From the NCBI GenBank assembly GCA_964525635.1, contig CAZGJX010000074.1, positions 1 through 22,198 of the forward strand: a stretch of 22,198 nucleotides of DNA, given 5' to 3'. This stretch comes from an uncultured archaeon. Its GTDB lineage: Archaea > Asgardarchaeota > Lokiarchaeia > Sigyniarchaeales > SOKP01. Below, piece after piece: positions 1 through 6,646 of this stretch; the stretch's first letter is position 1, and every line of letters starts with the position of its first letter. The translations under genes were made by a program, and so were the position numbers. The notes beneath the pieces were generated by a model. The model did no database searches. It was not told the origin of the DNA and saw nothing but the letters and a program-made list of their open reading frames with translations.

Positions 1-19
1 AAAAGTTTTGTGATTAGAA

Positions 20-49
20 GCGAACTTTAGTTCGCAAGGAGTTTTTTTT
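20..49 (+). terminator. Short inverted repeat (GCGAACT-TT-AGTTCGC, 20-35) followed by a T8 run (42-49); possible terminator of an upstream gene or an operator
   Basis: Perfect 7-bp inverted repeat read directly, then T-tracts. The 2-nt loop is tight and the upstream gene lies outside the window. Confidence 0.35.
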
Positions 50-258
50 CTTTTTATATTTCCTTTTTCTAAATTGTACTAAAAATAGAAATATATCAAA
101 CTGAAAAAAAATCTGATAAAATAATAAACTTGTTTTACTATAATATTTTTTTAATATATTTATAAATTTTAAAAGAATAAGAAAGATTAAAATGCTTTTT
201 ATATTAAATTATTTGCTAATTTAAAATAAAATATATTTGAAAAAATTGTGAATCAAAA

Positions 259-1446
259 ATGGTTGATATAAAAACAATCGCAATTATTGGATCCGGACTT
301 ATGGGAACGGGTATTGCACAGGTATCATTAATGGCTGGATATAAAGTAGTGATTATTGATATTGAACAGGAATTTGTTGATAAATCTGCTATTAATATTG
401 AAAAAAGCCTTAAAAAAGTTGAGGCAAAAGGGAGTCTAGGTGAAGGTGTTACTACCGATAGTTTATTATCAAATTTATCAAAGTCTATAGAATTAGGTGA
501 AGCAGTAAAAAATGCTGATTTTGTTATAGAAGCAGTAATCGAAAAATTAGAAATTAAAAAGCAAGTTTGTAAAACTGTTATGGAAAGTGGATCAGATCAT
601 ATAATTTTTGCTTCTAATACATCAACAATGAGTATTACTGAAATAGGAAAAGAAAGTGGAGCACCAGAAAGAGTATGTGGAATGCATTTCTTTAATCCTG
701 TTGCTCTTATGAGAGCAATAGAAGTAATTAAAAGCGAAGATACATCTGATGGAACTTTTGAAATAGCAATGAGTTTTGCTCAAAAATTACCTTGTCTTCG
801 AGGTAAAAGGTATATTGCTCCTGTTTTGAAAGACCGTCCTGGATTTATCGTAAACAGATTAAACGCACCAGTACAACTCTATTTAAGTTGGTGTTTTGAC
901 CAGACTGCTGAAAAAGGGCTTGAATGGGCCCAATTAGATGCGGATGCAGGAGGAAAAATGCCAATGCCCCCATGTGTATTAATGGATTTCGTTGGTATTG
1001 ATACGGCTTATCATGTTTTGGAGTATTATAAGAATACATTATCTTTTGATTTTGATCCTGGTATAGAATTTGATAAATTATATAAAAATAAACAATTGGG
1101 GCAAAAGACAGGAAAAGGATTTTATGATTGGAGCCAAGGAAAAGACGCCATTATGGAAAGGATTAAAAATGCAGAACCCGCAGGTATTTTTGACTTATCT
1201 ACAACGTTTGCTATAATGTTAAATGAGGGTTGTAAGATATTGGATGAAGGAATAGCTAGTGGATATAAAATAATAGATGATGCAAATATGGCGGGTATGA
1301 ATGCACCGGGTCCATTTGGTGCTGGAAAAAGAAATTATGAAGCATGGTCAAAATTATTAGAAGATCTTTCAGAAAAAACAGGTAAAGATTATTTCAAACC
1401 TATTCAACTTATGAAATCTGGAGAATTTTCAAAAATGAGAAAATAA
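259..1446 (+). CDS. 3-hydroxyacyl-CoA dehydrogenase (NAD-binding domain plus two C-terminal helical domains)
   Basis: Rossmann motif IIGSGLMGTGIA; VIEAVIEKLEIK; ASNTSTMSIT; catalytic His/Glu region GMHFFNP...IEVI; PGFIVNR; LGQKTGKGFYDW. Confidence 0.95.
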   Translation: MVDIKTIAIIGSGLMGTGIAQVSLMAGYKVVIIDIEQEFVDKSAINIEKSLKKVEAKGSLGEGVTTDSLLSNLSKSIELGEAVKNADFVIEAVIEKLEIKKQVCKTVMESGSDHIIFASNTSTMSITEIGKESGAPERVCGMHFFNPVALMRAIEVIKSEDTSDGTFEIAMSFAQKLPCLRGKRYIAPVLKDRPGFIVNRLNAPVQLYLSWCFDQTAEKGLEWAQLDADAGGKMPMPPCVLMDFVGIDTAYHVLEYYKNTLSFDFDPGIEFDKLYKNKQLGQKTGKGFYDWSQGKDAIMERIKNAEPAGIFDLSTTFAIMLNEGCKILDEGIASGYKIIDDANMAGMNAPGPFGAGKRNYEAWSKLLEDLSEKTGKDYFKPIQLMKSGEFSKMRK

Positions 1447-1698
1447 ATTATTTACTTATTTTAATTATTATTTTGCTTTTTATATTTTCAAATTAACTTT
1501 TTCTTACATTTTTTATGTATTATTAATTGGAATTTGACATGTTAAATTAAGAAATAGTATATTTAATATACTAAATAATATTATTTTTGAGGATAAAAAA
1601 TTTAAAATTTTAATTGAAGAAAAAATAATACTATTTATTCTGTATAAAAAAAAAGAAATTTTGCGAATTAAGAACTTTATAAATATGGGTAAGATAAA

Positions 1699-2526
1699 AT
1701 GACAGAAGAAAAAGAATATCAACATATAAAAGTAGAATTAAATGAAGAAGGTAATTATGCAGTAATATCCATTAATAGACCTGAAAAATTAAATGCCCTT
1801 CAAATACTAACACTTAAAGAAATTGCAGAAGCATTAGAAGGTTTTGAATTGAATAATGCAGTAAGATGTGTAGTATTAAGAGGTACAAAAGATTTTACAA
1901 AGAAACCAGCATTTTCTTCGGGAGCTGATTTATCATCTTCATTTGGTCCTGGAGTGAAGCCGAACATCCCTTATCATATGGCTCATGCAATGTATATGAG
2001 GCAAAAATACTATGATATGATAGAGGAATTCAATAAACCACTAATAGCTGCTGTAGATGGATATGCATTTGGTGGGGGGTGTGAACTAACTCTTGTTTGT
2101 GATCTTGTTATTGCAAGTAAGAGATCTCAATTTGGATTTCCTGAAATTCATAGAGGAATTTTTCCTGCAAATGGGGGGACTCAGAGAATGGTAAGAAATA
2201 TCGGTTTAGCAAGAACAATGAAAATGTTATACTTCGGAGATAGATATTCTGCAGAAGAAATGTATGATATGGGTTATGTTGCTTATGTTGCTGATGATGA
2301 TAAATTTGAGGATCTTGTTAATGAGAAAGCAACTTGGTTGGGTAAAGCAGCGACAACTGCCCTAATAATGATAAAGAAATGTGCTAAATTTGGAACACAA
2401 GTTCCATTAGATATTGGATTACATTTTGAACAATTAGGTTTTGGAATTAATTCAGCTTCTAGTGATGTTAAAGAAGGAATTAAAGCTTTTCTCAAAAAAC
2501 AAGAACCTGAATTCAAAGGATATTAA
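1699..2526 (+). CDS. Enoyl-CoA hydratase/isomerase (crotonase family)
   Basis: INRPEKLNAL; FSSGADL; KPLIAAVDGYAFGGGCEL (first catalytic Glu); FGFPEIHRGIFPANGGTQRM (second Glu); C-terminal DVKEGIKAFLKKQEPEFKG. Confidence 0.95.
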   Translation: MTEEKEYQHIKVELNEEGNYAVISINRPEKLNALQILTLKEIAEALEGFELNNAVRCVVLRGTKDFTKKPAFSSGADLSSSFGPGVKPNIPYHMAHAMYMRQKYYDMIEEFNKPLIAAVDGYAFGGGCELTLVCDLVIASKRSQFGFPEIHRGIFPANGGTQRMVRNIGLARTMKMLYFGDRYSAEEMYDMGYVAYVADDDKFEDLVNEKATWLGKAATTALIMIKKCAKFGTQVPLDIGLHFEQLGFGINSASSDVKEGIKAFLKKQEPEFKGY

Positions 2527-2615
2527 TTTAAAATATTTTTGTTTATTAAATTTTTATTTTATTTTTTTATTACAAAAAAAGTCAGATTTATTTTTATAAA
2601 AGCCCAAATAATAAT

Positions 2616-3179
2616 GTGGATTCATCTATTAGAAATATAAATGAAATTAATGATGGAATTGTATTTTTAAGAAAAATTACAAAAAATGATGTCAAATTTC
2701 TTTATAACAATCTCAACAATGAAGATATTATTAGATATATTTCAATAGGACCATTGAAATCATTAAATCATGCTAAATATTTAGTGAAATTATATTTAAA
2801 ATATTGGAATGACTATAAACAATTTAATTATATTATTGAGATCGATGAATTTAATTTTAAATGTCCAATCGGTATAATAAGTCTCTGGAATTTAAGTTGG
2901 TTGAATAAAAGGGGAGAAATAGGAATTTGGACATGTCCTAGATATTGGCGAAGAGGATATGCCAAGAGAGCTATCCATCTCATTAAAAATTTAGCATATG
3001 ATTTTTTGAAGATAAACAGATTAGAAGTTCATATTACTACAGAGAATCATTACTCTATTAATCTTTTTAAAGATTGTGAATTTAAACAAGAGTCTATTTT
3101 AAGAGATTATCTTTTTATTAGAAATAAATTTCATGATGCTGTAGTTCTCGCGTCTATAAAACGAATAAATATAAAATAA
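2616..3179 (+). CDS. GNAT N-acetyltransferase, RimJ/RimL family (GTG start)
   Basis: FLRKI; IGIISL; GEIGIW; acetyl-CoA motif YWRRGYAKRA; NHYSINLFKDCEFKQESILR. Confidence 0.88.
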   Translation: MDSSIRNINEINDGIVFLRKITKNDVKFLYNNLNNEDIIRYISIGPLKSLNHAKYLVKLYLKYWNDYKQFNYIIEIDEFNFKCPIGIISLWNLSWLNKRGEIGIWTCPRYWRRGYAKRAIHLIKNLAYDFLKINRLEVHITTENHYSINLFKDCEFKQESILRDYLFIRNKFHDAVVLASIKRINIK

Positions 3180-3340
3180 TAAAATATAAAATTTTAGAAA
3201 TATAAAAAGAATAGATTTTAAATTTATTCTTTTATTGGTTCTTCTTTTCCAGTTATCTTTTTGGCTTCTTTTATTTCTTCTATTGGTATTACTCCATTAA
3301 TTTCTTCCTCTACTGGTTTTGCTTCTTTGATATAATCATC

Positions 3341-5026
3341 TCATTTTTGATCATCTATATACTTATTAAATTCACCTAATAACACTGATTGTTTAATTTT
3401 CTTACCTAAAGAAGCGTCTTTTAAATCCTTGGAAATTACTTTTGTTTCAGCACCATATTTATGTTCAAACATAGTATCTCTACTTATGATTCTAACATTT
3501 TTAGGTGCGTTTTCTTTGTTCAAACTTTTTCTATATTTTCTCACTTTTCTTACTGGTATTGGATATCGACCTACACGATAATAATAAGCAAACCAGCTGC
3601 CTAAACCCATAAGACCTGCGCTAACAAGAATAAATAATGCTGTATAAAACCATGGTTCCTCTAAAAGTTGTACGATTGGATTTACTGGGTCCGATACAAT
3701 TTCTTGCCAATATAATTCTAAATATACTGCGTCAATTGATACTATGATATCTGAATCCAAATTGAATGTATTAGCTAAGTATAATTGAATCGAGAGAGTT
3801 ATATTTACATCTTTTGGAACTATATATCCTAGTTCAAAACCATTTGTTGCTGCGTCAACAAAAACATCAGGAGTTGAATATTCAGATAATCTTATTGATT
3901 CTTCAAATTTATTATCATTGATGTAAATTCTTAATTCTGAAAATTCAGATTCATTTGTCCAATCTTGATCGATTTTGTATTTGAACTTTAAATTAGCACC
4001 AGTTATTGTAACATTTTCACCAGTTTTCATATTTCCTGTTTGACTTAGAGTAACCGAGGAACTTTTGTCAATTTTCTTTTCATATGTGAAAGTTAAATCG
4101 AGAGATTTAAACCGTAATTCAATCCAATCATCTTCATCAGTATTAAATTGATTATCTTCACAATACATATAAATCCCAATTATTATTACGAAATCATTAT
4201 TTCCAGAATCAACTGCCAGTACATTAGTTAAAGCATCTATTATTGCCTGTTCTGAAAATGATTGAATTAGACCATCTATTGTGTATTGTAATAAATTTTC
4301 ATTCCCTAGTGTTTCAGTTTGATTAAAGGCTATTCTATAAGTATTAATTTCATCCAAATCTAAATTACTTAATTCAATATAAAATTGAGCCCAATCATAT
4401 TGTTGATATTGGCCATTTATAAAACCATCAGGAGACCATTCAGCTTGAGTATCTCCAGGGGTATCTATATTTTGATCAACAGTACCATTGATTTCAGCAA
4501 TAAGACTTGCAGATGTTATTTCATAATCAGACATATCTACAGGTAAGCTTACATTATACTTCCAATGCATTCTAGGTGTATTTTTTGGTTGCTCTCCACC
4601 ATCTTCCTCATGCCAACTATGAGATACCCAAGCACCAAAATTATCAACATCATAACTAGGTAGACCACTGGGATTAATAGGGATAACAACATTTTCTGTC
4701 TTATTAAAGGCTATCCAATCATTATATGTACTTGAATTAAGTGATATTGAAGATTGATAAGAATCACCAATAACATTAAGATTTGCCTGTCCTCCAAGCA
4801 TATTCCATCCTATATCTTGAACAAGACCTTCACGACTTTCTGTGAAATTCCATTTTGATGGATCATCAAGTTCAGAATCTATAATCCATGACGCATGATA
4901 ATTGCTGACTTTACTAGTTAATATATTATTTGTAGCTGAAGAAATTTGTAGAAAAATACCAATTACTAATATACAAAATATTGCTACCAAAGTATATTTT
5001 TTGAGTTTTTTTGCCATCATTTTCAT
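3341..5026 (-). CDS. Secreted, C-terminally membrane-anchored surface (glyco)protein of unknown function; the frame may extend past the TGA to 3224
   Basis: Basic N-terminus plus hydrophobic signal peptide (KKLKKYTLVAIFCILVIGIFLQISSA); acidic, beta-rich body with about 9 N-x-S/T sequons; TM helix WFYTALFILVSAGLMGLGSWFAYY; basic cytoplasmic RYPIPVRKVRKYRKSL. Confidence 0.85.
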   Translation of the reverse strand: MKMMAKKLKKYTLVAIFCILVIGIFLQISSATNNILTSKVSNYHASWIIDSELDDPSKWNFTESREGLVQDIGWNMLGGQANLNVIGDSYQSSISLNSSTYNDWIAFNKTENVVIPINPSGLPSYDVDNFGAWVSHSWHEEDGGEQPKNTPRMHWKYNVSLPVDMSDYEITSASLIAEINGTVDQNIDTPGDTQAEWSPDGFINGQYQQYDWAQFYIELSNLDLDEINTYRIAFNQTETLGNENLLQYTIDGLIQSFSEQAIIDALTNVLAVDSGNNDFVIIIGIYMYCEDNQFNTDEDDWIELRFKSLDLTFTYEKKIDKSSSVTLSQTGNMKTGENVTITGANLKFKYKIDQDWTNESEFSELRIYINDNKFEESIRLSEYSTPDVFVDAATNGFELGYIVPKDVNITLSIQLYLANTFNLDSDIIVSIDAVYLELYWQEIVSDPVNPIVQLLEEPWFYTALFILVSAGLMGLGSWFAYYYRVGRYPIPVRKVRKYRKSLNKENAPKNVRIISRDTMFEHKYGAETKVISKDLKDASLGKKIKQSVLLGEFNKYIDDQK

Positions 5027-5051
5027 TCGTATAAAATATTAATTAATAATA

Positions 5052-5121
5052 AATTAAGGAAAAATTAGTTTTTAATTTATTCCTTTTTTTTTTTTTTTTT
5101 TTTCTTTTTTTTTCCTTAATT
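5052..5121. repeat. T20-C-T9 homopolymer (5084-5113) bracketed by a 13-bp inverted repeat (AATTAAGGAAAAA 5052-5064 / TTTTTCCTTAATT 5109-5121)
   Basis: Read directly from the sequence, in the divergent intergenic region; the right arm overlaps the T9 run. Confidence 0.8.
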
Positions 5122-5355
5122 ATAAAAGTCTATTCGAGTAATTAATTCAGGATTTTATTGATTTGCTAGTAATTAATTAAGAAGATTGCTCATACCTATC
5201 TTTAGATGGATAAATATTCATTTGCTTCTATTTTAAATTCTCATTTTTAAATTAAAGAACAGGATTTTAGGAGAAATTTCAACAGTAAATATAATTGATT
5301 GGAGGATTAATTATATAAATTATAGTATATTAATTTCTTTTAAAAAAATATTTTT

Positions 5356-5361
5356 GAGGGG
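5356..5361 (+). promoter_or_regulatory. Shine-Dalgarno-like GAGGGG upstream of the TTG start at 5368
   Basis: G-rich motif 6 nt before the start codon in an otherwise AT-rich background. Confidence 0.55.
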
Positions 5362-5367
5362 CTAGTC

Positions 5368-6621
5368 TTGATTAGAGGAATAATAACATTTTCATTTAAT
5401 TTGAACCAAAAGGAAACCGGTGAGATTGAACCTGAATTTAGGCCAATCCAATCACAATTTATTGATGAAGAAGCTGATGAAAACTATTACAAAGGATTGA
5501 TTGTTGAGAATGATATATTTGCATCTTATTATCAACATACAACTGGATTAACTGGAGTCTCATATGAATTTTCCAACTTTTTTAGTGGAAGATTAAAAGA
5601 AACACCTTATCAGGTTATATCATATTTTAAACAAGTTGCTGATGGATCTCAATACCTCACTTTTTCAATTTTTCAATTAGATGATGAAATAGAAATTTTT
5701 GAAGATATAATAAAAGATATGGGAAGTCGATTAGGAGATATTTTTGAAAAATTCTCCGAAGCAAGAAGAACAAAAAAATTAGAAGAAATAACTAATATAC
5801 AGATTAGATTAAAAAATGAACTAAAATACACAATTTTTCAAATCGAAAGATTATCTAATTTGACTAATCTTCAGAAAATTGCTTTGATTTATAATAATGA
5901 ACTTAGATTGCTAATTCTTGAAACATTAAGACAATTTCCAATTTCAAGCACGGAGTTGAGAAGAAAATTACAAAAAGTAAGAGCTGATGCTAATTTGGAA
6001 ATTCTTTTACATCCATTTATTGAATTAAACTTAATAAGAAGAGATTGGATAGAAGGAGAGAAGGATAAAGAAACAGGAATAATAAAAAACCAAGGAGAAT
6101 ATTTATTTTTAATAAAAGATATTATGTTTTCGCGAGCACCGAATAAGAAATTGCTGGAACATTTAAAGGAAATAAAAAGCGAGCTATATGATATTTATAA
6201 TGAAAAAGTACTGACATATTTTACTAAATATAATCCATTTGAGGAACCATTAGAAAACAATCAAAAAATAGGATCTATGTTAATGAATCCAGATATATAT
6301 GACTTTTTTATATTAATGAAAAATAACTATTATGCTAAGGATAAAATACCAAAGATCTTTTCTGAATTTGCTGTTACCGATGTATTAATCGAAGATTTAA
6401 AAGCTATTGAAATCTTAACTGAAATAGAGGACATTGAAAATCGAAAATGGATTCTTTTGCTAACAGATATCAAACCTTTAGTCATTTTTCCTGAATTTAT
6501 GCTACCAAAGATACGGGCTTTATATAAAGAAGAACATGATCAGGAGAAATTGTATTATCAAATTGCGAAAAAAGCCTATGATTTATTAGAGTTGACTTTC
6601 CCAGAAAAAATCGAATTATAA
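5368..6621 (+). CDS. Hypothetical protein: putative N-terminal longin-like domain plus two winged-helix-like domains (TTG start)
   Basis: Long ORF with an RBS. N-terminal beta-beta-alpha-beta-beta-beta-alpha-alpha pattern (IRGIITFSF ... YQVISYF ... YLTFSIFQ ... DEIEIFEDII). ArsR-like wHTH ELRLLILETLRQFPISSTELRRKL...LLHPFIELNLIRRDW. A second, weaker wHTH-like segment NPDIYDFFILMK...LKAIEILTEI. Domain calls are inference. Confidence 0.7.
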   Translation: MIRGIITFSFNLNQKETGEIEPEFRPIQSQFIDEEADENYYKGLIVENDIFASYYQHTTGLTGVSYEFSNFFSGRLKETPYQVISYFKQVADGSQYLTFSIFQLDDEIEIFEDIIKDMGSRLGDIFEKFSEARRTKKLEEITNIQIRLKNELKYTIFQIERLSNLTNLQKIALIYNNELRLLILETLRQFPISSTELRRKLQKVRADANLEILLHPFIELNLIRRDWIEGEKDKETGIIKNQGEYLFLIKDIMFSRAPNKKLLEHLKEIKSELYDIYNEKVLTYFTKYNPFEEPLENNQKIGSMLMNPDIYDFFILMKNNYYAKDKIPKIFSEFAVTDVLIEDLKAIEILTEIEDIENRKWILLLTDIKPLVIFPEFMLPKIRALYKEEHDQEKLYYQIAKKAYDLLELTFPEKIEL

Positions 6622-6646
6622 AAAAACTAAAAGAGATGAAAAATTT

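Noticed and set aside
845-2516. Short minus-strand ORFs 845-1039, 1513-1725 and 2283-2516
   Set aside because: Two are antisense to well-supported enzyme genes. The third is an I/F/L/K-biased translation of AT-rich intergenic DNA. None has recognisable motifs.
3180-3343. Selenoprotein interpretation of the in-frame TGA
   Set aside because: The TGA lies in a K/E/D-rich tail with no Cys or redox context, and the short AT-rich sequence downstream shows no SECIS-like stem. Kept only as a minor alternative.
5137-5269. Short direct repeats AGTAATTAATT (twice) and CAGGATTTTA (twice), considered as a CRISPR remnant, iterons or an ncRNA
   Set aside because: Only two copies each of 10-11 nt, with no regular spacers and no convincing secondary structure.
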